DNA of 64,000 nt, taken from contig CAZQXN010000010.1 of the NCBI GenBank assembly GCA_964597545.1, positions 140-64,139 on the forward strand. The letters run 5' to 3'. This DNA is from an uncultured Planctomycetia bacterium. GTDB taxonomy: Bacteria; Omnitrophota; Gorgyraeia; 1-14-0-20-64-10. Below are positions 56,435 through 64,000 of the stretch, piece by piece. Both the position numbers and the translations under genes were made by a program. Numbering within the stretch: position 1 is the first letter of the stretch; every line of letters starts with the position of its first letter. Below the pieces are notes generated by a model that searched no databases, was not told where the DNA came from, and worked only from the letters and a program-made list of their open reading frames with translations.

Positions 56435-56817
56435 CAGACACGCCTCCGCTTGGGCGGCCGGCAGCCGTTGTGCGGCACCGGGGTGACATCCCGAATGGCA
56501 GTGATGGAAAGACCAGCCGCCTGGAGCGCTCGAATCGCAGATTCTCGGCCTGAACCGGGTCCCTTGACAAAGGCCTCCACCTCACGCATCCCTGCAGCCA
56601 TAGCACGCTTGGCAGCATTCTCGGCAGCCATCTGCGCTGCGAAGGGCGTTGCCTTCTTGGATCCCTTAAAACCGACCAAACCGGTCGAGGCCCAGCAGAC
56701 GACATTGCCCTGCTTATCGGTGATGGTGATAATGGTATTGTTAAAGGTCGCCTGAATGTGGGCAATCCCACTGGTCGCTTGAATCTTTACTTTCTTCTTG
56801 GGTTTCGCGTCCGCCAT
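56434..56817 (-). CDS. rpsK: 30S ribosomal protein S11
   Basis: [30 protein letters not shown]. Confidence 0.99.
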   Translation of the reverse strand: MADAKPKKKVKIQATSGIAHIQATFNNTIITITDKQGNVVCWASTGLVGFKGSKKATPFAAQMAAENAAKRAMAAGMREVEAFVKGPGSGRESAIRALQAAGLSITAIRDVTPVPHNGCRPPKRRRV

Positions 56818-56831
56818 AATCTCCTCTACAT

Positions 56832-56855
56832 GTCATCCCCACGAATGGGGGACCA
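56832..56855. repeat. short REP-like hairpin (GTCAT family) between rpsM and rpsK
   Basis: GTCATCCCCACGAATGGGGGACCA. Confidence 0.5.
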
Positions 56856-56862
56856 ACTCCCT

Positions 56863-57270
56863 TTACTTTTTCCCAGTGGTGGGATTCTTCTTCCCTGCTC
56901 CGGCAATCGCACGTCCCCCGACCAACTTCCGGGGCCCCTTCCGAGTCCTGGCGTTGGTATGAGAACGCTGACCACGAACGGGAAGCCCGCGCCGATGGCG
57001 GACACCACGATAGCTGCCAATGTCAATCAAGCGCCGAATATTCTGGGATACTTCCCGTCGGAGATCCCCCTCTAACCGATAGCCCTGGGAAATCACAGAG
57101 CTGATCTGCTTGATCTGAGCATCTGTCAGATCCTTTGCGCGGGTGCCAGGTTCCACGTTGGACTTGCTAAGGATCTCGAGCGATTGGGCTGGACCCACAC
57201 CATACAAATAGGTCAATGCCACATCGACTCGTTTTGCTGCTGGAATGTCAACGCCAATGATACGCGGCAT
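56863..57270 (-). CDS. rpsM: 30S ribosomal protein S13
   Basis: [30 protein letters not shown]. Confidence 0.99.
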   Translation of the reverse strand: MPRIIGVDIPAAKRVDVALTYLYGVGPAQSLEILSKSNVEPGTRAKDLTDAQIKQISSVISQGYRLEGDLRREVSQNIRRLIDIGSYRGVRHRRGLPVRGQRSHTNARTRKGPRKLVGGRAIAGAGKKNPTTGKK

Positions 57271-57273
57271 GGA

Positions 57274-57387
57274 TTAGCCCTGCCTCTGCTTGTGCCGAGG
57301 ATTCTTGCAGATGACGCGAACCACTCGGTTGCGCTTCACCACCCGGCAACGTTCACAAATTCTTCGCACTGATGCTTTAACCTTCAT
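57274..57387 (-). CDS. rpmJ: 50S ribosomal protein L36 (not in ORF track)
   Basis: [37 protein letters not shown]. Confidence 0.98.
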   Translation of the reverse strand: MKVKASVRRICERCRVVKRNRVVRVICKNPRHKQRQG

Positions 57388-57400
57388 TCGATCTCAACCT

Positions 57401-57622
57401 TTAGTTTCGAATTCGAAAAGTAATCCGTCCCCGGGTCAAATCGTACGGGGAAAGTTCCACCGTCACCTTGTCTCCCGGAAGAATCCGGATAAAGTGCATC
57501 CGCATCTTCCCGGCAACGTGCGCCAAAATCTTGTGGCCGTTTTCCAGCTCCACCCGAAACATGGCGTTGGGCAGCGCCTCAACCACTTTACCTTCTACTT
57601 GGATGGCTTCTTCTTTTGGCAT
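57401..57622 (-). CDS. infA: translation initiation factor IF-1
   Basis: [33 protein letters not shown]. Confidence 0.99.
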   Translation of the reverse strand: MPKEEAIQVEGKVVEALPNAMFRVELENGHKILAHVAGKMRMHFIRILPGDKVTVELSPYDLTRGRITFRIRN

Positions 57623-58389
57623 CCTGTCAAAATCTCTGGTTCGGACTCCGTGATTGCAATCGTATGCTCAAAATGGGCTGAGCGTTTCCCATCTCGAGTG
57701 ACCGCGGTCCACCCATCCGAGAGGACCTTAACAGCGAATTCCCCCTCATTGACCATCGGCTCAATCGCCAGGACCATCCCAGCTGCCAACTCCGGGCCGT
57801 ACCCTGGTTTGCCGTAGTTGGGGATCTGCGGCGGCTCATGGAGCTCAACTCCTATGCCGTGTCCGACAAATTCCCGAACCACCGAAAAGCCACCTGCCTC
57901 GGCCTCCTGCTGAATCGCAGCAGAGATATCCGAAAGCCGCCTACCCGGCCGAGCCATTGCAATGCCGCGATAGAGCGCCTGCTCGGTGACGGCCATGAGC
58001 CTGCGGGCCGCATCCGAAACTCGCCCGGCAGCAACGGTGATGGCGGCATCCGCATAATACCCTTCGACCACCGCCCCCAAATCGAGGCTTACAATATCCC
58101 CTTCGCGCAGCCGCCGCTCGGAAGGGATGCCGTGGACCACCTCTTCATTGACCGAACAGCACAGGCTTGCCGGAAAACCTTGGTACCCCTTGAAGGCCGG
58201 CTGCCCTCCGAAACTTAAGACGGTCTCCTGAGCCAAGGCATCCAGCGCTTGAGTTTCAATGCCCGGACAAACGGCCGCATTAAGTGCATCGAGCGCCCCT
58301 GCCACCACTTGGCCTGCCCGGCGGATCTTTGTCAGCTCGCCAGCGCTTTTAAGTGCAATCATCGGCTCTTGCTCAACAACAGGACTCAA
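57595..58389 (-). CDS. map: type I methionyl aminopeptidase
   Basis: [31 protein letters not shown]. Confidence 0.98.
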   Translation of the reverse strand: MSPVVEQEPMIALKSAGELTKIRRAGQVVAGALDALNAAVCPGIETQALDALAQETVLSFGGQPAFKGYQGFPASLCCSVNEEVVHGIPSERRLREGDIVSLDLGAVVEGYYADAAITVAAGRVSDAARRLMAVTEQALYRGIAMARPGRRLSDISAAIQQEAEAGGFSVVREFVGHGIGVELHEPPQIPNYGKPGYGPELAAGMVLAIEPMVNEGEFAVKVLSDGWTAVTRDGKRSAHFEHTIAITESEPEILTGCQKKKPSK

Positions 58390-59048
58390 CGGATCAGCGC
58401 CTCGCGCTCCAGCAACTGGAGAAGATTGCTGTACTGAGCATCTATCTCCAGCTCCCCAGGCACCTTGCGCAGCTTTCCCTGCATCTCGTAATATCGCACC
58501 AAGGGTGCTGTTTCCGCCTGATAAACGCCCATCCGCTTTCGGATCGTTTCAGGAACATCGTCCGCTCGCCTCGCGAGCGGCTTGTTACACCGATCACACG
58601 CCCCTGGCGCCTTGGGAGGTGCGGTCTCTACATGGTAGTTGGCACCGCACTGACTGCAGACCCTTCGCCCGCTTAAGCGCTTGATCACCGCCTCAGCAGA
58701 CATTGCAAAATCAACCACCAGGTCCACCGGTACCTGCCCCAGCTTGTTGAGGGCATGATCCAAGGTCTTCGCCTGGGCCACATTCCTGGGAAAACCATCC
58801 AGGACAAAAGCTTCATCCTCGCCCATGGTTTCCAAGCGCTGCAGTATCAGATCTGTTACCAGCTCATCCGGAACCAAAGCACCCTGCTGCACGTAATCGG
58901 CCACCTTGGAACCTAGATCATCTTTTCGGCGTATGGCCTCGCGCAGCAGCTGCCCGCTGGAGAGGGCCTTAACCCTCAACCGCTCTTCCAGGAGGGCTGC
59001 CTGCGTTCCTTTGCCGGCCCCCGGGGGACCGCTGAAAATCAGGCGCAT
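58386..59048 (-). CDS. adk: adenylate kinase (Zn-lid)
   Basis: GPPGAGKGTQ, LDGFPR, CSQC..CDRC. Confidence 0.98.
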   Translation of the reverse strand: MRLIFSGPPGAGKGTQAALLEERLRVKALSSGQLLREAIRRKDDLGSKVADYVQQGALVPDELVTDLILQRLETMGEDEAFVLDGFPRNVAQAKTLDHALNKLGQVPVDLVVDFAMSAEAVIKRLSGRRVCSQCGANYHVETAPPKAPGACDRCNKPLARRADDVPETIRKRMGVYQAETAPLVRYYEMQGKLRKVPGELEIDAQYSNLLQLLEREALIR

Positions 59049-60397
59049 CAGCGACGGCCGCGAAGCCGTCCCTGAGTTAAGAAGCCCTCGTAGTTGCGCA
59101 TGAGCAGGAACGATTCCACCTGCCGCATGGTATCCAGCATGACGCCCACGATGATCAAGAGGCTCGTGCCGCCGAAGAAGCTCGCAACCAAAAACGGAAT
59201 TCCGAGGCCTCTCGAGATCAAGCTCGGCAAGACGGCAATCACCGCCAGGAAGATTGCTCCCGGCAATGTGATCCGCGTCAACAATCTGTCAAAGAACTCA
59301 GCCGTAGGCCGCCCAGGCCGAATGCCCGGAATAAAGCCGCCTACCTTCTTCATGTTGTTGGCTACATCCACCGGGTTAAAAGCAATCGCCGTATAAAAAT
59401 AGGCGAAAAAGATAATCAGTCCCGAGTACAGCATGGTGTAGACCAGGTGCCCTTCCGTCAGCCACCGAGAGAGCGTGTGCAGGAATCCAATCCCGGTAAA
59501 ACCTGCCACCGTCCCAGGGAACATGATGATCGACTGGGCAAAGATGATCGGCATGACTCCGGACTGGTTGACCCGCATCGGGATGTAGGTGGCCTGGCCC
59601 CCATAGACCTTGCGACCGACAATCCGACGGGTGTACTGCACAGGGATTCGCCGCTGCCCCTGCGTGATCGCAATGACCGCTACCACCACCGCCACGAACA
59701 TCACCGCCATCAACAGGAGTGTTGCCGGCTCAATCTGTCGTTGGGTCGGCGACCAGGGGGAAGCCAGCATCACCAACTGCTGGGTTGCCGCCGGCAGCGC
59801 CGAGAGGATGCCGGCTGTGATCAATATCGACATGCCGTTACCCACCCCAAAGGCACTGATCTGCTCTCCCAGCCACATGATAAAGGCCGTTCCGCTGGCC
59901 AGGGTAACGATGGTCAACAACCGGAAGCCCCAGCCGGGAAACTGCACCATTTGAACCCCATCGAAATTTCCGGAGTTCTCCAACCACATGCTGATGAAGA
60001 GAGCCTGCAGTACGCCCAAGACCACCGTGAGGTACCGGGTGTACTGGTTGTATTTGCGCCGTCCGGACTCCCCCTCCTCCTTAACCATCTGTTCAAGCTT
60101 TGGGAATACCGGCACCAGCAGCTGCATGATGATCGATGCTGAAATCGCCGGCATGATCCCCAACGCAAAGATGGTCATGTTGGATAACCCGCCACCGGTA
60201 AAGAGGTTCATCACCGTAAAGAGGGAGGCTCCCATCTGCTGCGTCATTCTGTCAAAGAACGCTGAAAGAGACTGAACATCGACTCCCGGAAGGGGGATGA
60301 AGTTTCCTGTCCGGTAGACTGCAATAAGCCCCAACGTCACCAAGATCCGACGCCTCAGCTCCGGAATCTTAAAGCTGTTGGCCAAGGCTCTCAGCAT
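59048..60397 (-). CDS. secY: preprotein translocase subunit SecY
   Basis: FALGIMP.I.ASII, WLGEQI...G.GNG.S, FIPGIRPG, GGTSLLI.VGV. Confidence 0.99.
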   Translation of the reverse strand: MLRALANSFKIPELRRRILVTLGLIAVYRTGNFIPLPGVDVQSLSAFFDRMTQQMGASLFTVMNLFTGGGLSNMTIFALGIMPAISASIIMQLLVPVFPKLEQMVKEEGESGRRKYNQYTRYLTVVLGVLQALFISMWLENSGNFDGVQMVQFPGWGFRLLTIVTLASGTAFIMWLGEQISAFGVGNGMSILITAGILSALPAATQQLVMLASPWSPTQRQIEPATLLLMAVMFVAVVVAVIAITQGQRRIPVQYTRRIVGRKVYGGQATYIPMRVNQSGVMPIIFAQSIIMFPGTVAGFTGIGFLHTLSRWLTEGHLVYTMLYSGLIIFFAYFYTAIAFNPVDVANNMKKVGGFIPGIRPGRPTAEFFDRLLTRITLPGAIFLAVIAVLPSLISRGLGIPFLVASFFGGTSLLIIVGVMLDTMRQVESFLLMRNYEGFLTQGRLRGRR

Positions 60398-60506
60398 AGG
60401 GTCTGGCTCCTTTTCGCACTTGAGACAACAGGCCAGACGAAAAGGTGCCTGACCCTTCTTTGTGCACGAAACGGTCTTGTACCAAAGGGTCTGACCCTTT
60501 GGTACA
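60398..60506. repeat. three GGGTCTGACCC-family copies between rplO and secY
   Basis: Full copy at 60478-60506; degenerate AAAGGTGCCTGACCCTT at 60441-60457; degenerate AGGGTCTGGCTCCTTT at 60398-60413, which contains the secY SD. Confidence 0.8.
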
Positions 60507-60518
60507 TGTGGTGCAAAA

Positions 60519-60965
60519 TCACTGGCTCACCAGATCAGTCGCCCCCCCGGCATCAGCGATCTTTTGAACCGCCGACTTTGAAAACCGGTGGGCCTTGACC
60601 GTGAGGGCGCGCTTGAGCGTTCCCTCACCCAGAATTTTGATGATCCGTTTGCGAGTACTCACCAAACCTGCTTCTGCGAGAAGGGCCGTATCCACGACCG
60701 TTCCGGCCGCAAACTGGTTGAGCTGCTCAATGTTGATGATCTCAACCGGTTTGCGGCGGGAGTTTGTAAACCCACGCTTTGGGACGCGGCGAATGAGGGG
60801 CATCTGTCCCCCTTCAAACTCAGGGCGACGACTGTATCCGGAGCGGGACTTTTGCCCCTTGTGTCCACGGCCAGAGGTCTTGCCGTGGCCGGAAGATTCA
60901 CCCAGCCCCAAACGCTTGCGCCGTCGGGTTGCCCCTCGGGGAGCAGCAAGAGCATCAAGTTTCAT
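60519..60965 (-). CDS. rplO: 50S ribosomal protein L15
   Basis: GKTSGRGHKGQKSRSG, FEGGQMPL.RR.PKRGF. Confidence 0.99.
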   Translation of the reverse strand: MKLDALAAPRGATRRRKRLGLGESSGHGKTSGRGHKGQKSRSGYSRRPEFEGGQMPLIRRVPKRGFTNSRRKPVEIINIEQLNQFAAGTVVDTALLAEAGLVSTRKRIIKILGEGTLKRALTVKAHRFSKSAVQKIADAGGATDLVSQ

Positions 60966-60966
60966 C

Positions 60967-61713
60967 TTAAGAACCCTTATTCTCTTCACTTGAAGCACGC
61001 CGCAGGGCAATCATCGCCTGGGGATCCTCTAAGTGCTTCAAGCCTTCGATGGTGGCGCGGACAACATTGACCATGTTGTCGGATCCCAAGGACTTGGTCA
61101 GGATGTCTCGAATCCCCGCCGAATCACAGATGGCTCGAACGGTTCCTCCGGCAATGACACCAGTTCCCGGTGCGGCCGGCTTTAGAAGAATGCGAGAAGC
61201 GGAATACTCCCCTATCGTGCCGTGAGGGACGGTGCCCTCCTTCATCGGAACGCGGAACATGGCCTTGCGCGCCTGAGCCAAGCCCTTTCGGATGGCATCG
61301 GCCACCTCATTGGCCTTGCCCAGAGACCATCCCACTTGGCCCTTTCCATCCCCAACGATGACCAGCGCACTGAAGGAAAGGCGCTTGCCCCCCTTGGTGA
61401 CCTTGGCCACGCGATTGATGGAGACCACCTTCTCAATTAATTCCTGCTCCCCTTCCCCCTGACCCTGCCTGCCTTGGCCCTGCCTGCCCGGGCCCTGCCG
61501 AAACCCCTGCCCACCCCCTCCAGGGGGTCGGGAAGAGCGGCCGAAGCCCCCGCGGGATCCCTGACCAGGCCCTGATCGACCCCGGCCCGGACCGCCCGGG
61601 CGTGCACCCTGTCTTGGGCTCGGCTTAGGAGAATCCGGCTTGGGAGACTCCGGCTTGGGAGCATCGGGCTGCTTCTGGGGAGAATCAGTTGTTTTAGGTG
61701 CATCATCCATCAT
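60967..61713 (-). CDS. rpsE: 30S ribosomal protein S5 with long N-terminal low-complexity extension
   Basis: [28 protein letters not shown]. Confidence 0.99.
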   Translation of the reverse strand: MMDDAPKTTDSPQKQPDAPKPESPKPDSPKPSPRQGARPGGPGRGRSGPGQGSRGGFGRSSRPPGGGGQGFRQGPGRQGQGRQGQGEGEQELIEKVVSINRVAKVTKGGKRLSFSALVIVGDGKGQVGWSLGKANEVADAIRKGLAQARKAMFRVPMKEGTVPHGTIGEYSASRILLKPAAPGTGVIAGGTVRAICDSAGIRDILTKSLGSDNMVNVVRATIEGLKHLEDPQAMIALRRASSEENKGS

Positions 61714-61715
61714 GA

Positions 61716-62081
61716 TTAAAACTCCAATCCCTTGGATCGAACTGAATCGGCCAACGCCTTGACCCGGCCGTGGTAAGGGTAGCCGCCGCGGTCAAAGACC
61801 AACTGCTTGATTCCCTGCTTGAGGGCCTCCTCTGCTACCAGAACACCCAGCTGACGCGCCCCCTCTAAACCGCCCCCCTTGCCGGAACTTTTCCGGAAGG
61901 CCTTCTGTCTCGTGGAGCAGGTTGCCAATGTCTTGCCGCTGATGTCATCCACCAACTGTGCCTCCAAATGCAGGTGGCTGCGGTGGAGGGTCAGCCTCGG
62001 GCGCTCGCCGGATCCTAAGACCTTCTTGCGAACCCTGCGGTGCCGACGCATCCTTTGAAGCTCTTTGAAATCCATTGGCAT
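61716..62081 (-). CDS. rplR: 50S ribosomal protein L18
   Basis: [30 protein letters not shown]. Confidence 0.98.
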   Translation of the reverse strand: MPMDFKELQRMRRHRRVRKKVLGSGERPRLTLHRSHLHLEAQLVDDISGKTLATCSTRQKAFRKSSGKGGGLEGARQLGVLVAEEALKQGIKQLVFDRGGYPYHGRVKALADSVRSKGLEF

Positions 62082-62617
62082 TAGGCCACCGCCTTTCCGG
62101 CCTTGCGGCGAATAACCTCGTCGGAATAGCGGATCCCCTTGCCCTTGTAAGGCTCGGGGGGCGCAAAGGCACGCAGGCGCGCTGCCACTTGGCCCACGAT
62201 GCACTTGTCCATTCCGCGAATGACCACCTGAGTAGGCTTGGGGGTCTCAGCGATAATGCCGGTCGGCAAGGTGTAAGCCACGGGATGCGAAAAACCCACA
62301 AAGAGCTCAATGGTGCTTCCTGTGACCTGGGCTCGGTAACCAACACCGCTCAACTCCAAACCCTTGGAGAACCCTTCGGTCACTCCTTTGATCATGTTAA
62401 AGACAATGGTCTTGTGCAGCCCATGCAGGCTCTTGATCCGCTTCTGCTCATTGGTGCGGGTGAATCTGAGCTCAGAACCCTCCTGGGCAGCATGAATCTC
62501 AGGAGGCAAGGTATGCTCAAGCGACCCCTTGGGGCCGGTCACCTTCACCTGGCTCCCTTGGATCTCAACCTTCGCCTCCGAAGGCACTGGAATGGGGGCT
62601 TTACCTACGCGCGACAT
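62081..62617 (-). CDS. rplF: 50S ribosomal protein L6
   Basis: MSRVGK.PI, GVGYRA, PPEPYKGKGIRY. Confidence 0.99.
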   Translation of the reverse strand: MSRVGKAPIPVPSEAKVEIQGSQVKVTGPKGSLEHTLPPEIHAAQEGSELRFTRTNEQKRIKSLHGLHKTIVFNMIKGVTEGFSKGLELSGVGYRAQVTGSTIELFVGFSHPVAYTLPTGIIAETPKPTQVVIRGMDKCIVGQVAARLRAFAPPEPYKGKGIRYSDEVIRRKAGKAVA

Positions 62618-62623
62618 TTCCGA

Positions 62624-63025
62624 TCACCACACATGACAAATCATTTCGCCACCGACACCCTGTTCGCGAGCCTGAACACCCGTGAAAACACCTGTTGAGG
62701 TGGAAAGGACCGAGATCCCCACCCCTGAAAGCACCTTAGGAATCTTGGTCTTAGGCACATACACCCTGAGGCCCGGCTTCGAAATCCGACGGATGTGCCG
62801 AAGGATAGGCCGGCGCGCTTTGGTGTACTTGAGGTACACGCGAAGGGTCCCCTGAGGATTGCTCTCCTTGAGCAACCGCCAGTTCTGAATGAAACCTTCC
62901 TGCTTCAAACATTCGAGAACCGCCGCACCCAGCTTGCTGGCGCGAACATTCACCTGCGCCTTCCGTGCTTGGCTGGCGTTTCGAATCGCCGTAAGCATAT
63001 CGCCCATAGGATCTGTTAGACTCAT
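62624..63025 (-). CDS. rpsH: 30S ribosomal protein S8
   Basis: TDP..DML..IRNA, SKPGLRVY, GGE.IC.VW. Confidence 0.99.
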   Translation of the reverse strand: MSLTDPMGDMLTAIRNASQARKAQVNVRASKLGAAVLECLKQEGFIQNWRLLKESNPQGTLRVYLKYTKARRPILRHIRRISKPGLRVYVPKTKIPKVLSGVGISVLSTSTGVFTGVQAREQGVGGEMICHVW

Positions 63026-63027
63026 CG

Positions 63028-63213
63028 TTACCAGCTCGCTTTTGTTAAGCCGGGGATCTGCCCGCGGTGGGCCAACTCCCTCATGCAAATCCGGCAGATG
63101 CCAAATTTCCGGTAAGTTCCCTTAGAGCGCCCACAGCGACCGCACCGGCTGTAACGCCGCGAGCGGAACTTGGCTCCCTTTGACCACGTCTGTAATTTTC
63201 CCTTCTTTGCCAT
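63028..63213 (-). CDS. rpsN: 30S ribosomal protein S14 (type Z, Zn-binding)
   Basis: RCGRCGR...FGICRIC.RE....PG..KASW. Confidence 0.99.
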   Translation of the reverse strand: MAKKGKLQTWSKGAKFRSRRYSRCGRCGRSKGTYRKFGICRICMRELAHRGQIPGLTKASW

Positions 63214-63233
63214 AATCCTTTTGCTTTCCTTCC

Positions 63234-63803
63234 CTACTCCTTGAAAGGCATGCCCAGCGCCTTCAAGAGCGCATGGGCTTCATCCCGATTGCGAGCCGTG
63301 GTACAGATCACAACATTCATCCCTTGAACGCGAGCCACCTTGTCGTACTCAAGCTCAGGGAAGATCAGCTGCTCGGTCAACCCCATCGCGAAATTGCCCC
63401 CTTCGTCAAAACCCTTCGGGTCCACCCCTCGGAAATCCCGAATGCGGGGCATGGCAATGCTCATCAGCCGATCCAAGAATTCATACATGTTCGCCCGGCG
63501 CAGGGTCACCTTGGCTCCGATCGGCTGGCCCTGCCTGAGCTTAAAGTTGGAGATCGCCTTCTTGGCCCGGGTCAAGACCGGGCGCTGGCCGGCAATCAGG
63601 GCCAATTCCTCAGCCGCCTGCTCCACAACCTTTTTGTCTTCGACTGCCGCGCTCACACCCATGCTCACCACAATCTTGCTCAGCCTCGGCACCTGATAAA
63701 GGTTCTTGTACCCAAACCGCTCCTTGAGGTGCGGAAGGATCTCCTTCCTGTAGCTCTGCAGCAGTCGGGGAGGTACGCGTCCCTGGGAAGCGTCGGTTGC
63801 CAT
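63234..63803 (-). CDS. rplE: 50S ribosomal protein L5
   Basis: [30 protein letters not shown]. Confidence 0.99.
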   Translation of the reverse strand: MATDASQGRVPPRLLQSYRKEILPHLKERFGYKNLYQVPRLSKIVVSMGVSAAVEDKKVVEQAAEELALIAGQRPVLTRAKKAISNFKLRQGQPIGAKVTLRRANMYEFLDRLMSIAMPRIRDFRGVDPKGFDEGGNFAMGLTEQLIFPELEYDKVARVQGMNVVICTTARNRDEAHALLKALGMPFKE

Positions 63804-64000
63804 CAGAAGCTCTCCTCGCACCGGCGGCAAATCCGGGTCTTGGTTCCGTCACCCAACACCTTAAAACCGACTCGAACCCCCCGGTTGCAGCGGGGGCAAA
63901 TCGGCAGGACGCGGTCCATGGGCAGAGGGCACTCGCGGTCCACAACCGCTCCCTGGGGATTGTTCTGAGAACGCCTGAGGTGCTTCTTAACGAGATTAAG
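63803..64000 (-). CDS. rplX: 50S ribosomal protein L24, 3' part (5' end outside window)
   Basis: Manual translation: LNLVKKHLRRSQNNPQGAVVDRECPLPMDRVLPICPRCNRGVRVGFKVLGDGTKTRICRRCEESF. Confidence 0.96.
   Translation of the reverse strand, partial: LNLVKKHLRRSQNNPQGAVVDRECPLPMDRVLPICPRCNRGVRVGFKVLGDGTKTRICRRCEESF

Noticed and set aside
61620-61665. CCGGCTTGGGAG repeats resembling the GLEE DNA core
   Set aside because: They encode the [10 protein letters not shown] repeat of S5 on the opposite strand and do not match the full core.

Overview
A 64-kb bacterial chromosome segment, almost entirely minus-strand and mostly housekeeping. It holds the distal spc/alpha ribosomal operon (rplX to rplQ, secY, adk, map, infA, rpoA), central metabolism and lipid genes, acc/efp/aroQ, a cobalamin riboswitch with a TonB uptake operon, tRNA-Gly(CCC), a helicase-nuclease, rnc and aroB. 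A PVC-superphylum 'small basic protein' points to a PVC organism; Omnitrophota is my inference only. The most unusual feature is a family of signal-peptide-bearing modular proteins: a 1406-aa ORF at 41351-45571 and a paralogue missed by the ORF track, running off the left edge at <1-847. In the 1406-aa protein, apparently unrelated 126-378-aa modules are delimited by a recurring [ST/A]-G-[LQ]-E-E linker. Three linkers share an identical 13-nt DNA core, and twin-arginine-like signals lie downstream of two of them, suggesting a polyprotein or cassette-shuffling system. Other notable signals: three genes whose N-terminal motifs lack a canonical start codon, dispersed palindromic repeats sitting in a riboswitch, a promoter and an RBS, a duplicated tRNA 3' end, a 176-nt structured intergenic element, and an L17 with an amphipathic membrane-targeting-like tail. 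All alignments and folds were done by eye; no databases were searched.
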